This document shows, piece by piece, positions 1 through 10,676 of a stretch of DNA of 64,000 nucleotides. Location: contig CAVVTZ010000007.1 in the NCBI GenBank assembly GCA_963751275.1, positions 768,001 to 832,000 of the forward strand, read 5' to 3'. Made by a program: the position numbers and the translations under genes. The notes under the pieces are model-generated. The model did not search any database, had not been told where the DNA came from, and saw nothing but the letters and a program-made list of their open reading frames with translations. Source of the DNA: an uncultured Gemmatimonadaceae bacterium (GTDB taxonomy: Bacteria; Gemmatimonadota; Gemmatimonadetes; Gemmatimonadales; Gemmatimonadaceae). The stretch's first letter is position 1, and every line of letters begins with the position of its first letter.

Positions 1-1057
1 GCTCCTCGAAGTGGCAGGCCTCGGCGAGGCGTCGCACCGAACGCTCGCGCGCGTCGCCGGGGCCGCCGATGGACGGCGCGATGCGCGCGTTCTCGAGCAG
101 CAGCCCCTCGCGAATGCCGTAGCCGGACACGACGAGGCGGGGCGTGTCGAGGCGCGCCATCACTTCGGCGATCACCGCGAGGCCGGCGACGATGATGTCG
201 GCGCGTCCGGCGTTGAGGCCGGGCACCGCGAGCCGCTCCTCGAGCGACATCCCCTGCAGCGCGTCCAGGATGTGCTCCAGCTCCACGCGGCTCACCGTGG
301 TGCCGTGCACGGTGGGGAAGCCGGTGATCCCCTGACGGTAGAGCGCCATGCCGGCGAGGTTGGTGAACGTGCCGCCGGAGCCGATCACGGTGGCGCTGCG
401 CCACTCGCGCGCGGGCAGATGCTGCTGCAGCTCGTGGCGCACGTGCCGCCGCAGCTTCTTGACCGCTTTGCGCGTGGTGTGCGGCGTGAGGAAGCGCTCG
501 GTCATGCGCAGCACGCCGAACGGGAGCGAGACGAGCCGGTCCACGAGGCCCGCGGCGCTGAGCGCGAGTTCGAGCGATCCGCCGCCGATGTCCACGACGG
601 CCGCGCGGCCGCCGCCAAGGTCGAAATGCGCGAGCGCGCTGCGGAAGCCGAGGCGCGCTTCATCGTCGCCGCGCAGGATGCGCACCTTGAGCTTGGCGGA
701 CTGCTGCACGCGGCCGAGGAATTCGCGCGCGTTCTGCGCATCGCGCACCGCGCTGGTGGCCACGGCTTCGATGCGGCTCGCGCCGAGCTGCCGCGCGAGG
801 GTGGCCATGCGCGTGATCGCCTCGGTGGCGCGCTCCATCGCGGCGTCGCTCAGATGTCCCGCATCGTCGAGTCCCGCGCCGAGGCGCGGCGCCGCCTTCA
901 TTTCCCCCACCACCCGGATGTTCCCGTCGGGCGCCACATCGGCGACGATCTGCCGGATCGAGTTGGATCCGATGTCGATCGCGGCGACGCGCTCGTGCCC
1001 CGTTTCGGGCGTGCCGCCCGACAGGCGGGCGACGGATTCGGCGGTGGCGGATGTCAT
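1..1057 (-). CDS. ppx: Ppx/GppA exopolyphosphatase, 3' end runs off the window
   Basis: Hand translation from ATG 1057 gives AAIDIGSNSIR, ATSAVRDA, DIGGGSLE, GSGGT, RADII and GIREG. Lies directly after phoU. Absent from the ORF track because there is no stop in the window. Confidence 0.9.
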   Translation of the reverse strand, partial: MTSATAESVARLSGGTPETGHERVAAIDIGSNSIRQIVADVAPDGNIRVVGEMKAAPRLGAGLDDAGHLSDAAMERATEAITRMATLARQLGASRIEAVATSAVRDAQNAREFLGRVQQSAKLKVRILRGDDEARLGFRSALAHFDLGGGRAAVVDIGGGSLELALSAAGLVDRLVSLPFGVLRMTERFLTPHTTRKAVKKLRRHVRHELQQHLPAREWRSATVIGSGGTFTNLAGMALYRQGITGFPTVHGTTVSRVELEHILDALQGMSLEERLAVPGLNAGRADIIVAGLAVIAEVMARLDTPRLVVSGYGIREGLLLENARIAPSIGGPGDARERSVRRLAEACHFEE

Positions 1058-1060
1058 GCG

Positions 1061-1765
1061 CTAGGGCGAAGGGGCTGGGGTCTGGAGTTCGCGGCGGTGC
1101 TTGATCGATTTCCCTTCCGCAAGATACACCGCGTCCTCGGCGATGTTGGTCGCGAGGTCCGCGACCCGCTCGAGATTGCGGCTCACGAGGAACAGTTCGA
1201 GCGCGGCCGAGATCGTGGTCGGGTCCTCCAGCATGTGCGTGAGCAGGATCCGGAAGAGCGAGTCGTGCAGCGCATCCACCTGGTCGTCGCGCCGCGTGAC
1301 CTCGCGGCCGAGCGTGCCATCGGCGCGCACGAAGGCATCCAGCGCATCGGCGAGCATCGCGCGCGCGCGGCGCGCCATGTCCTCGATCTCGGGATCGGGG
1401 GTGATGTCCGATCGCATCTCGACCAGCCGGAGCGCCGACTGCGCGATGTTCACGGCGTGATCACCGACCCGTTCCAGGTCGCTCGAAATCTTCATGGCGC
1501 TGATGATGAAGCGCAAGTCCTTCGCCATCGGCTGCTGCAGCGCGAGCAGCGACACGGCGAGCTGCTCGATGTCCACCTCGAGCGTGTCCACCTCGTGGTC
1601 GGCGGCGATGACGGTCTCCGCCTTCGCGGTGTCGCGCTTGAGGAGCGCATCCACGGCGAGCTCGACGAGCGCTTCCGCGCGCGCCGACATGTCGAAGAGG
1701 CGCTGCTTGAGTTGGTCGAGCTCGTCGTGGAAATGACGGAACCCGGTGCTGGCATCGATGCTCAT
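1061..1765 (-). CDS. phoU: Phosphate signalling complex protein PhoU
   Basis: Two PhoU repeats (QQPMAKDLR...[27 protein letters not shown]); pst context. Confidence 0.95.
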   Translation of the reverse strand: MSIDASTGFRHFHDELDQLKQRLFDMSARAEALVELAVDALLKRDTAKAETVIAADHEVDTLEVDIEQLAVSLLALQQPMAKDLRFIISAMKISSDLERVGDHAVNIAQSALRLVEMRSDITPDPEIEDMARRARAMLADALDAFVRADGTLGREVTRRDDQVDALHDSLFRILLTHMLEDPTTISAALELFLVSRNLERVADLATNIAEDAVYLAEGKSIKHRRELQTPAPSP

Positions 1766-2580
1766 CCGAATCTCCCGGTGACGTACGCTTCGGTGCGCTC
1801 TTCGCGCGGGCTGGTGAAGAGGCGGCTGGTCTCGCCGGTCTCGATCAGCCGGCCGAGGTAGAAGAACGCGGTGACCTCCGAGACGCGCGCCGCCTGCTGG
1901 AGGTTGTGCGTGACGATGACGATGGTGAGTTCGCGCTTCAATTCATAGAGCAGCTCCTCCACCTTCTGCGTCGCGATCGGGTCGAGCGCGCTCGCCGGCT
2001 CGTCGAGCAGGAGCACCTCGGGCTCGTTGGCGAGCGCGCGCGCGATGCAGAGGCGCTGCTGCTGGCCGCCGGAGAGGCCCAGGGCGTTCTGCCGCAGGCG
2101 GTCCTTCACCTCGTCCCAGAGCGCGGCGCGGCGCAGGGCGAGCTCCACGAGGCCATCGAGATCGGCGCGCGCGCGCGTGCCGTTGAGCTGCGGACCGAAG
2201 GCCACGTTCTCGTAGATCGACTTGGGGAAGGGGTTCGACCGCTGGAAGACCATCCCCACGCGCTGGCGGAGCGACACGGCATCGAATCCGGGCGCGTAGA
2301 TGTCGCGGCCGTCGAGCTCGATCGCGCCCGTGTGGCGCACGCCGGGGATGAGCTCCTGCAGCCGGTTCATCGAGCGCAGCAGCGTGGACTTGCCGCAGCC
2401 GGACGGTCCGATGAACGCCGTGACCGACCGCGGCTTGATCGCGAGATCGATGTCGTGCAGCGCCTGCTTCTTCCCGTACCAGAACGAATATCGCCGCGCG
2501 GCGATCGCGCCGGCGCGGGGCGCGACCGCCGGCGCCGCGCCATCGGGGCGCGGTCCGGCGAGCGACGGCGCCGCGGTCAT
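1762..2580 (-). CDS. pstB: Phosphate ABC transporter ATPase, second copy
   Basis: [42 protein letters not shown]. Start ATG 2580 overlaps the upstream stop. Confidence 0.93.
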   Translation of the reverse strand: MTAAPSLAGPRPDGAAPAVAPRAGAIAARRYSFWYGKKQALHDIDLAIKPRSVTAFIGPSGCGKSTLLRSMNRLQELIPGVRHTGAIELDGRDIYAPGFDAVSLRQRVGMVFQRSNPFPKSIYENVAFGPQLNGTRARADLDGLVELALRRAALWDEVKDRLRQNALGLSGGQQQRLCIARALANEPEVLLLDEPASALDPIATQKVEELLYELKRELTIVIVTHNLQQAARVSEVTAFFYLGRLIETGETSRLFTSPREERTEAYVTGRFG

Positions 2581-3416
2581 CCGAACCGTCCGGTGAGATA
2601 GCTCTCCGTGCGCGAGTCCTTCGGCGCCGTGAAGAGCTGTTCCGTCGGGCCGGTCTCGATCAGCTCGCCCAGCAGGAAGAAGGCCGTCGTGTCCGAGACG
2701 CGCGCGGCCTGCTGCATGTTGTGCGTGACGATCAGCACGGTGAAGTCCTTCCGCAGCTCCCACACGAGCTCCTCGACCTTCTGCGTGCTGATCGGATCGA
2801 GCGAGGCGGTCGGCTCGTCGAGCAGCAGCACTTCCGGCTCGGTCGCGAGCGCGCGCGCGATGCACAGCCGCTGCTGCTGGCCGCCGGACAGGCCGACCGC
2901 GCTCCCGTTCAGGCGGTCCTTCACTTCGTCCCACAGGGCCGCGCGGCGGAGCGCCTTCTCGACGATCGCCTCGGTCTCCGCCTTGCCGGGCTTGTCCGAC
3001 CCGAGCACGCGCAGCCCCGCGCTCACGTTCTCGCGAATGGTCATCGTCGGGAAGGGGGTGGGCCGCTGGAAGACCATGCCGACGTGCCGCCGCACCTGCA
3101 CGGGGTTCACGCCCTTGCCGTACACGTCGCGCCCGTCGAGCAGCACGCTGCCGGTCGCGCGCGCGCCGCTCACGGTCTCGTGCATGCGGTTGAGACAGCG
3201 CAGGAAGGTGGACTTGCCGCACCCCGACGGTCCGATCATCGCCGTCACCCGGCGCTCGGCGACGCTGAGGGATACGTTGCGCACCGCGTGCACCGAACCG
3301 AACCACGCATTCAGGTTCGAGACCGTGATGCGATCGCGCGCCGGCGCCTCCGCGCCGCGTTCCTGCCGCGCGGGGACGACGAAGGTGCTGCGACGCGGCT
3401 CGCTAATCGCCGCCAC
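2577..3416 (-). CDS. pstB: Phosphate ABC transporter ATPase, first copy
   Basis: [51 protein letters not shown] start is estimated. Confidence 0.93.
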   Translation of the reverse strand: MAAISEPRRSTFVVPARQERGAEAPARDRITVSNLNAWFGSVHAVRNVSLSVAERRVTAMIGPSGCGKSTFLRCLNRMHETVSGARATGSVLLDGRDVYGKGVNPVQVRRHVGMVFQRPTPFPTMTIRENVSAGLRVLGSDKPGKAETEAIVEKALRRAALWDEVKDRLNGSAVGLSGGQQQRLCIARALATEPEVLLLDEPTASLDPISTQKVEELVWELRKDFTVLIVTHNMQQAARVSDTTAFFLLGELIETGPTEQLFTAPKDSRTESYLTGRFG

Positions 3417-4332
3417 CGGAACCGTGGCCTCGAGTGGCGAATCGGGCGAGTACGCTGATGACGAGGACGAGCGTGATGAGGACGAGGGCTCCGGCCCAGG
3501 CGAGTGAGTGCCATTCATCATAGGGACTGATCCCGTAGTTGTAGATCTGCAGCGGGAGCGCCGAGATCGGCTCCCGCAGGGACGTTGACCAGAATTGGTT
3601 CCCGAAGGCGGAGAAGAGCAGCGGCGCCGTCTCACCGGCGATGCGCGCGACCGCGACCAGCGCACCGGTGACGATCCCGGCGCCGGCGGTGCGCAGGACG
3701 ATCGTGAGCGATGTGCGCCAGCGCGCGTAGCCGAGCGCCAGCGCCGCCTCGCGCAGGGTGTTCGGCACGGTGAGCACCATCTCTTCCGTCGTGCGCGCCA
3801 CCATCGGGATCATCATCGCCGCGAGCGCGATCCCGCCGGCGAGGGCCGAGAAATGGTGCACCGGCCGCACCAGCACCTGCCACGCGAAGATGCCCATGAC
3901 GATCGACGGCATCCCGTTCAGCACGTCGGAGAGGAAGCGCACGACGTTCGCGAGGCGGCCCGCCTTGTGCTCGGCACAATAGAGTCCGGCGCCGATGCCG
4001 AGCGGCAGGCCGAGCGCCGCGCCGACGGCGATCAGGATCACCGTGCCCACGATGCCGTTCGCGAGGCCGCCGCCCGTCTCCCCCACCGGCTTGGGCATCT
4101 TCGTGAAGAAGTCCCAGCTGAGCGAGGCCGCGCCCGTGCGCACCAGGTGCCAGAGGATCACGAGCAGCGGCAGCGTCGCCGCGAGGGCGGCCGCGGTGAT
4201 GAGGGCGAGCATCACGGCGTTGCTCACCTTGCGCCGCCGCACAGTGCGCGACGCGCGTTCGGCGAATGCGCGCTGGCGCTGCGTCGGCCGGGGCGCGGGC
4301 GGATCGATGGTGGCGATCGCGGGCGCGGTCAC
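3403..4332 (-). CDS. pstA: Phosphate ABC transporter permease PstA
   Basis: C-terminal half of ORF 3403..5310: [32 protein letters not shown] 4332 overlaps the pstC stop. Confidence 0.92.
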   Translation of the reverse strand: MTAPAIATIDPPAPRPTQRQRAFAERASRTVRRRKVSNAVMLALITAAALAATLPLLVILWHLVRTGAASLSWDFFTKMPKPVGETGGGLANGIVGTVILIAVGAALGLPLGIGAGLYCAEHKAGRLANVVRFLSDVLNGMPSIVMGIFAWQVLVRPVHHFSALAGGIALAAMMIPMVARTTEEMVLTVPNTLREAALALGYARWRTSLTIVLRTAGAGIVTGALVAVARIAGETAPLLFSAFGNQFWSTSLREPISALPLQIYNYGISPYDEWHSLAWAGALVLITLVLVISVLARFATRGHGSGGGD

Positions 4333-5310
4333 GCGGCCTTCCCGGTGGCGCGCTTCGACACCGACCAGATCATCCAGCGCGCCATCATGTTCACGACGAG
4401 CGTGACCAGCAACAGCACGAAGCCCACCGCCATCAGGGCGCTCAGGTGCAGGTCGCTCGTCGCTTCGCTGAACTCGTTCGCGATGAGCGATGCCATCGTG
4501 TAGCCCGGCGCGAAGAGCGACATCGAGATCTCGTGGCGGTTCCCGATGAGCATCGTGACGGCCATCGTCTCGCCAAGCGCCCGGCCGAGGCCCGAGGATG
4601 ATGCCGCCGAAGATCCCCGAGCGCGCGAAGGGGAGCACCGCGTGGCGGATCATCTCCCACCGTGTCGCGCCGAGCGCGAGCGCCGCTTCGCGCTGCGAGC
4701 GCGGCACGGCGTACAGCACCTCGCGGGAGACGGACGCGATGTAGGGCAGCACCATCACCGAGAGGATCAGGCCCGCGCCGAGCATGCTCGGCCCGTACAT
4801 CGGACCCGAGAAGAGTCCGGTGGCGCCCAGGTGCAGCGTGTCTCGCAGGAAGGGCATGATCGGATCGCGCAGCAAGGGCAGGAGCACGAAGATCCCCCAG
4901 AGGCCGTACACGACGCTAGGGATCGCGGCCAGCAGGTCCACCAGGAAGGCGACGGGCTGGCGCAGCCAGAGCGGCGCGAACTCGGAGAGGAAGAGCGACA
5001 CGCCGAGCGCGAGGGGCGTCGCGATGACGAGCGCGATGATCGACGAAACGATCGTGCCGTAGATCGCGGGGGCGGCGCCGAACTGGGAGTTCACCGGATC
5101 CCAGGCGCTGGAGGTCAGGAACGAGAAGCCGAAGTGCCGCAGGGCGGGCCAGCCGGCCACCGCCACGGCGACCGCGATCGAGATGAGCAGCGCGGGCACG
5201 GCGAGCGCGAAGATCGTGATCGTGCCCTGGTACACGGCGTCGCCGCGCGACACGCCGTGGATGGCGATCTCGGCGGGGGCCTCGCCAGCGGGCGTTCGGT
5301 CGAGCGTCAT
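4329..5310 (-). CDS. pstC: Phosphate ABC transporter permease PstC, +1 frameshift near 4590
   Basis: LLAAIPSVVYGLWG and [13 protein letters not shown], then GRALGETMAVTM continues in the 4329..4565 frame. Confidence 0.9.
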
Positions 5311-5380
5311 GCGCGGGAGGGCGGGTTCATGGATGACCTGAAAGATGGCCCCACCCCGGGCTGATTTCGTGCCCGCGCCC

Positions 5381-5405
5381 GTAACGAGAATGTCACGGAC
5401 CTAAC
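5381..5405. promoter_or_regulatory. Pho-box-like direct repeat upstream of pstC
   Basis: GTAAC at 5381 and GTCAC at 5392 (11-bp period); same pattern at 7858 and 8250. Confidence 0.6.
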
Positions 5406-5416
5406 GGCAGAAGCGC

Positions 5417-5456
5417 ATGTGGTCGTTGACAGGTGGAACCACACGTCAACGACCAC
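5417..5456 (-). terminator. Stem-loop after the porin gene
   Basis: tgtggtcgttgac ... gtcaacgaccaca, 13-bp inverted repeat. Confidence 0.55.
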
Positions 5457-5473
5457 ACGCGCCCCTGCAGTTG

Positions 5474-6700
5474 TCAGAACGTGATCTGGTAATTCAGCTG
5501 ATAGAACGTCTTCTTGGCGGCCTCGGTGTTCGGCGAGCTCTGCGTCTGCCCCTGGTATGAGAGACCGAGCGACGACGACTTCGCCACATCGTAGAACACC
5601 GTGAAGATGAGCAGATTCTGCTTCAGGCTGACGTTCGTGTTGGGCTGGTAATTGTCGTAGCGCAAGATGATGCCGAGCGGCGCGCCCTTCGGATCGCCGA
5701 ACAGGAATGGCCGGACGATCACGAATCCATCGGTGAGCTTGGCCGTGTTGTCCACGATCGAAGAATCGGACGCCAACACCGACTGCGTCAGGCGCGCCGC
5801 GTACTCGAGTCCGAACGAGAAACGCGGATCGGCGTTGCCGAGGTACACACCGTATGCGTTGTTGTCGAGGCCGGGCTTGTAACCCGGGGCGGTCCCCGGG
5901 CCCTGGGTGCGGCCTGCCTGGTACCAGCCGCTGAGCTCGAAGGTCTTGAGCAGTCCGCTGCCCTTGGCCATCGGCGTGAGGGAGAGCCGGAGCGCCGCGT
6001 CCTTATAGCGGTCCGCGTCGCTGGCCACCGTGTAGCCGCCGCCGTTATCGAGGACGCCGACCACCGCACCCCACTTACCCGGCAGGTTCACCTGCGCACC
6101 GATGCCGAGGTCGGACGACGCCGGCTGGATGCCCCAGAACTCGACGGCGGTCTTCTGGATCCAACGCGCCCAGTAGTGTTCCTCGTCATCGATCACGACG
6201 GTCGTGATCTGGCCGATGCGGGCGAACGCGGACATGTCGTTCGGCTCCGCGGCGTGCGCGAAGTCCCACTGCATCCATGCGTACTTGAGGCGAATCGCGA
6301 GTCCGGTGTAGGTGCCAGCGCCGCCGACGGTGAAGACGTCGGTCGTCACGCGAAAGCCCCAATCGGGCGCGACCTGGCCGCGGAAGGTCAGGTAGGCACG
6401 GTCCACGGTGAACTTGGAGGTCGGGTCGCCGTTGTTCGCCGCCTTCGTCGTGCTGTCGGTCTGGTACGTGTACCCACCGAAGATCCACGTGCTGAAGTTC
6501 CAGCTCGGCTTGAACTCCGGCTTCGGCGGCACGGAATCCTTGGCGGCCGGCTTCGCGTCCGGCTTCGATGGCGTGCTGTCCTTCGCGACGACGACCGGAG
6601 CGCGGCGCCGAAGGACAGCGTCCTGCGCCGCGGCCGGCACGGCGACGCTCGCGACGGACGCGAGCACCAGCGTGAGCGAACTCAAGAATGGGCGGTTCAT
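5474..6700 (-). CDS. Outer-membrane beta-barrel, putative phosphate-related porin
   Basis: Signal peptide, amphipathic strands (DRAYLTF, RLKYAW), C-terminal YQITF; lies between pstS and pstC. Confidence 0.7.
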   Translation of the reverse strand: MNRPFLSSLTLVLASVASVAVPAAAQDAVLRRRAPVVVAKDSTPSKPDAKPAAKDSVPPKPEFKPSWNFSTWIFGGYTYQTDSTTKAANNGDPTSKFTVDRAYLTFRGQVAPDWGFRVTTDVFTVGGAGTYTGLAIRLKYAWMQWDFAHAAEPNDMSAFARIGQITTVVIDDEEHYWARWIQKTAVEFWGIQPASSDLGIGAQVNLPGKWGAVVGVLDNGGGYTVASDADRYKDAALRLSLTPMAKGSGLLKTFELSGWYQAGRTQGPGTAPGYKPGLDNNAYGVYLGNADPRFSFGLEYAARLTQSVLASDSSIVDNTAKLTDGFVIVRPFLFGDPKGAPLGIILRYDNYQPNTNVSLKQNLLIFTVFYDVAKSSSLGLSYQGQTQSSPNTEAAKKTFYQLNYQITF

Positions 6701-6765
6701 GTCTCTCTCTGAATGGAGGGAAGAGGCCGGGCGCCGGATCACATCCGGCGCCCGGTGGAGCAGTC

Positions 6766-7800
6766 TTACATTCCCGCGATCTTGATCTCGGCGACCTGCT
6801 TGTCGAGGCGCTTCACGAGCACGCTGGGCAGCGGTGCGTAGTCGAGCTTCGACGTCTCCTTCTCGCCATCGTGCAGATACCACTTGAGGAACGCGACCAG
6901 CTTCTTCCCCTTCGTCGCGTCGTGCTGGGTCTTGTAGACCAGCAGCCAGGTGAACGACGAGATCGGATACGACTTCTTGCCCGGCGCGTTCACGATCGAG
7001 ATGCGGTAGTCGCTGTTCTCGGGGAGCTTGGAGACCGCGCCGGCCGCCGCTTCGGTGACCGACTCGATCGTCGCCTTCACCCACTCACCGCTCGCGTTCT
7101 GCAGCTCCGCCGCCGGCATGTGGTTCTGGTTGGCGTACGCGATCTCGACATAGCCGATCGCGCCCGGTGTCTGCTTCACGAGGCCGGCGACGCCTTCGTT
7201 GCCTTTGCCGCCCAGGCCGACGGGCCAGGCGAGCTCCTTGCCCGTGCCGGGCGCCGTCTTCCAATCGGCGCTCACGTTGGTGAGATAGTCGCTGAAGATG
7301 TAGGTCGTACCGCTGCCATCGGAGCGGTGCACCACGAGGATGTCGGTGTTGGGCAGGTTCACGCCCTTGTTGAGCGACGCGATGCGCGTGTCGTTCCACT
7401 TGGTGATCTTGCCGGAGAAGATCTCGGCGATCACCGGCCCGGTGAACTTCAGGGTGCTCGAGACGGTCGGCAGGTTGTACGTGATGACGACGGCGCCGAG
7501 CACGGTCGGGAAATGGAACGCCGGCGAGGGGAGCTTGGCCATCTCGCCGTCCGACATCGGCGCATCGGACGCGCCGAAGTCCACGGTGCCGGCGGTGAAC
7601 TGATTGATGCCGCCGCCGGAGCCGATCGACTGGTAGTTGATCTTCACGCCCGTCGACGTGGCGTAGTCCGAGAACCACTTGCTATAGATCGGGAACGGGA
7701 ACGTGGCGCCGGCGCCGTTCAGGTCCTGCGCGCTGGCCGCTCCGGCGACGAGCATCGCCGCCAGCAGTACGAGGGATCGCTTCGACACGGTTGACTCCAT
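6766..7800 (-). CDS. pstS: Phosphate-binding protein PstS
   Basis: GAGATFPFP, YQSIGSGGG, DFGASD, RSDGSGTT, GKGNEGV. Confidence 0.96.
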   Translation of the reverse strand: MESTVSKRSLVLLAAMLVAGAASAQDLNGAGATFPFPIYSKWFSDYATSTGVKINYQSIGSGGGINQFTAGTVDFGASDAPMSDGEMAKLPSPAFHFPTVLGAVVITYNLPTVSSTLKFTGPVIAEIFSGKITKWNDTRIASLNKGVNLPNTDILVVHRSDGSGTTYIFSDYLTNVSADWKTAPGTGKELAWPVGLGGKGNEGVAGLVKQTPGAIGYVEIAYANQNHMPAAELQNASGEWVKATIESVTEAAAGAVSKLPENSDYRISIVNAPGKKSYPISSFTWLLVYKTQHDATKGKKLVAFLKWYLHDGEKETSKLDYAPLPSVLVKRLDKQVAEIKIAGM

Positions 7801-7857
7801 GAGGTTGGAATGCGCTGTGAAGGTCTCATGGATTCGTATCGGCGGTGCGACCAATGC

Positions 7858-7873
7858 GTAACGGCTGGGTCAC
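7858..7873. promoter_or_regulatory. Pho-box-like direct repeat upstream of pstS
   Basis: GTAAC 7858 and GTCAC 7869, 11-bp period. Confidence 0.6.
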
Positions 7874-7924
7874 GAGCGATCCGCGCGCGCCGTGTGCGGC
7901 GATCGGCGCGCCGCATGCCCCGAA

Positions 7925-8182
7925 CTACCGGGGCAAGTCAATGCGGGTGCGGCCTGAACGGACGTCCCGCCACCGGCGCGTCGTGAACGCGAGCGCTTCG
8001 TGCGCGCTCGGCTCGGCGCCGCGGGTGCCGCGCAGGTCCACGCGCAGGCTGCGCACCTGGTCGGGGAGGGCGTCGCAACAGTGCATCGCGGCGATCACGC
8101 CGTGCGTCGACAGCGTGCCGGTCACGTAGAGCGTGGCGGATTCGCCGTGGGCTTCGAGGTCATAGTGCAAGTCGCAACTCAT
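7925..8182 (-). CDS. Small STAS-like hypothetical protein (85 aa)
   Basis: GAAGG RBS; LYVTGTL...LRVDLRGT pattern resembles STAS domains; fills the phoR-pstS gap. Confidence 0.6.
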   Translation of the reverse strand: MSCDLHYDLEAHGESATLYVTGTLSTHGVIAAMHCCDALPDQVRSLRVDLRGTRGAEPSAHEALAFTTRRWRDVRSGRTRIDLPR

Positions 8183-8226
8183 ACCTTCACTCCGCTAATG
8201 GTGTGAAGGAACGATCGCGGACGGGT

Positions 8227-8265
8227 GTCACATCGCGGTGCGCGGGGACGTCACGAGGATGTAAC
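8227..8265. promoter_or_regulatory. Pho-box-like repeats upstream of the small ORF
   Basis: GTCAC 8227, GTCAC 8250, GTAAC 8261. Confidence 0.55.
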
Positions 8266-8283
8266 CGGTGAACGATGCGCGCC

Positions 8284-9987
8284 TCACGCGATCGGGAACA
8301 CGGCGCGGATCTCGGCCCCGCGTCCCTGCGCGCTCGTCGCGGTGACGCGGCCCCCGTGCGCCTCCACGAGATGTTTCACGATCGCCAGCCCCAGCCCGGT
8401 GCCGCCCGCCTCGCGCGAGCGCGCCGGATCCACGCGGTAGAAGCGTTCGAAGATCCGGGCCAGGTGCTCCGGCGGGATCCCGGTGCCGCTGTCGCGCACG
8501 CCGAGCGCGACGCCGTCCGGCGCGGGCTCGGAGAAGATCGTCACGCGGCCGCCGGGCGGCGTGTGGCGCAGCGCGTTGTCCACCAGGTTGCTCAGGATCT
8601 GGCGCAGCGCGGTCGCATCGGCGCGGAGCGCGAAGGCGCGATGGTCGATATTGATGTCGAGGCGCACGCCGCGCTCCTTCGCGGCGGACGCGAACGAGGT
8701 CGTGATCTCGCTCGCGGCCGTGCGCAGATCGATCCGCTCGGGTTTCGGCACCCAGCCGCCCGACTCGATGCGCGACAGGTCGAGCAGGTCATCGACGAGG
8801 CGCTGCATGCGGCGCGCGTTGCCCCGGATCGCCTCCACGAACCGCCGCCGCTCCTCGGGAGACGGCTCGTCGGTGGCGAGCGTCTCGGCGAAGCCGCCGA
8901 TGACGGTGATGGGTGTCTTCAACTCGTGGGAGACGTTCGCGACGAAATCGCGGCGCACCGCCTCGAGGCGGCGCGTGTTGGTGAGGTCGAAGAAGGCGAG
9001 CAATCCGCCGCGGTCGTGGAGCGGGCGCGCGGTGAGCATCACCGTGCGCCCGCCCAGCGAGATCTCGGACGGGTCCGACGGCTGGCCCGCGAGCGCGCCG
9101 GCGAGCGCATCGCGCAGCTCCGGGTCGCGCGGCAGCAGATCGGCGGAGAAGGGCACGGTGTCGGCGATGCCGAGCAACCGGCGCGCCGGCGCGTTCAGCA
9201 GGATCACCTGCCGTTGCGCGTTCACGGCGGCGACGCCTTCCTGCAGGAGGTCGATCATCGCCGCCAGGAGCGCGTCATCATCTTGCAGCGCGGCGAGGCG
9301 CGTCTCGAGCTGCTCGGCCATGCGGTGCACGGCGTCGGCGAGGTCGCCCACCTCGCCGGGCGCGGACAGCGCGGGGCGCCGTGAGAGATCGCCGGCCGCG
9401 AGCGCCTGGGCCACATCGCGCAATTCGACCACCGGACGCGACACGCTGCGCGCGAACAGGGCGGCGAGCGCGAGCGCGGCGACGAGCGCGATGAGACCGG
9501 TGGCGAACACATCGCGGCGCGCGCGCGCGATCGCGTCGTCGAGCTGGCCCGCGTCGAGCGACACGCGCGCCACGCCGTGCGGCGCACCCACGGCCACATA
9601 GACGCGCCGGTCACCGATCGACGGGCTGTCGCGATGCGATACCCCCACCTCGCCATGCATGGCGGCGATGACTTCCGGACGGTTCGAATGGTTCTGCAGC
9701 GTGTTCAGCGCATCGCCTTCGAACTCGGAATCGCCGAGCACCTTGCCCGCGCTGTCGATGAGCGTGACGCGATGCCCGAGCGCGGCGCCCGCGATGTGCG
9801 CGAGCGCGGGCGCGCCGGCGGAGACCTTCCACTGTGTCGCGACGAAGCGCGCCTCGCGCAGCAGCTCGTCCTGCTGCCAGCCTTCGAGCTCGCGCGACAT
9901 GCGCGCGCCGCCGAGCGCGGTGATGAGCACGACGAGCACGCCGATCACGACGGCGGTGCCGAGCACGAGACGCTGGACGAGCTTCAT
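8284..9987 (-). CDS. phoR: Sensor histidine kinase, PhoR-type (TM-HAMP-PAS-HisKA-HATPase)
   Basis: FVANVSHELKTP, NLVDNA, DSGTGI, FERFYRVD, GGTGLGLAI. Confidence 0.9.
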   Translation of the reverse strand: MKLVQRLVLGTAVVIGVLVVLITALGGARMSRELEGWQQDELLREARFVATQWKVSAGAPALAHIAGAALGHRVTLIDSAGKVLGDSEFEGDALNTLQNHSNRPEVIAAMHGEVGVSHRDSPSIGDRRVYVAVGAPHGVARVSLDAGQLDDAIARARRDVFATGLIALVAALALAALFARSVSRPVVELRDVAQALAAGDLSRRPALSAPGEVGDLADAVHRMAEQLETRLAALQDDDALLAAMIDLLQEGVAAVNAQRQVILLNAPARRLLGIADTVPFSADLLPRDPELRDALAGALAGQPSDPSEISLGGRTVMLTARPLHDRGGLLAFFDLTNTRRLEAVRRDFVANVSHELKTPITVIGGFAETLATDEPSPEERRRFVEAIRGNARRMQRLVDDLLDLSRIESGGWVPKPERIDLRTAASEITTSFASAAKERGVRLDINIDHRAFALRADATALRQILSNLVDNALRHTPPGGRVTIFSEPAPDGVALGVRDSGTGIPPEHLARIFERFYRVDPARSREAGGTGLGLAIVKHLVEAHGGRVTATSAQGRGAEIRAVFPIA

Positions 9988-10676
9988 CCGCCCTTGAGGC
10001 GGTAGCCGAAGCCGCGCACGGTCTCGATCAGGTCGCCGGCGGGGCCGAGCTTCGTGCGCAGCCGCTGCACGTGCATGTCCACGGTGCGCGTCTGGATGTC
10101 CGGGGCCGCGTCCCACACCGTCTGCAGGAGTTGCGTGCGCGCCTGCACGCGTCCGCGGCGCTCGGCGAGCGTGAGGAGCAGCTTGTACTCGGTGGCCGTG
10201 AGATCGAGCGCGCGGCCATCCACGGCCACGGTGTGCGCGGCGCGATCGATGACGAGCGGGCCGACGACGAGCGTGTCGGCGCCGCCGCCGCCGATGCGCC
10301 GGAGGATCGCGCCGACGCGCAGGATCAGCTCCGCGGGGCTGAACGGTTTCGTGAGATAATCGTCGGCGCCGAGAGTGAGCCCCCGGATCCGGTCGGGCTC
10401 GTCCTTGCGGGCGGTGAGCATGAGCACGGCCACGTCGCGCGTCGCGTCGTGCGCGCGGAGCTTCTCGAGCACGTCGAAGCCGGACATGCCGGGGAGCATG
10501 AGGTCGAGCACGATGAGCGCCGGCCGCTCCTCGCGCGCGGCGCGCAGCGCGTCGGGGCCCGTCGCGGCCGTGCTCACGCGATACCCCGCCTTGGCGAGAT
10601 GGTACGCGACGAGCGCGACGATGTCGGGCTCATCGTCCACGACGAGCACGCGCTCGCCGCCGGCCGCCTGGGTCAC
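9984..10676 (-). CDS. phoB: OmpR/PhoB-family response regulator
   Basis: VVDDE, LDLMLP, GADDYLTKPF, RTVDMHVQRLR, TVRGFGY. Confidence 0.9.
   Translation of the reverse strand: MTQAAGGERVLVVDDEPDIVALVAYHLAKAGYRVSTAATGPDALRAAREERPALIVLDLMLPGMSGFDVLEKLRAHDATRDVAVLMLTARKDEPDRIRGLTLGADDYLTKPFSPAELILRVGAILRRIGGGGADTLVVGPLVIDRAAHTVAVDGRALDLTATEYKLLLTLAERRGRVQARTQLLQTVWDAAPDIQTRTVDMHVQRLRTKLGPAGDLIETVRGFGYRLKGG

Noticed and set aside
11..1861. Long antisense ORFs (also 20560..22638, 28076..30061, 38664..41087, 43331..45454)
   Set aside because: Shadow frames of real genes on the opposite strand; no protein motifs
3403..5310. PstC-PstA fusion (635-aa ORF)
   Set aside because: Artefact of a +1 indel near 4590; the normal PstC C-terminus is present in another frame
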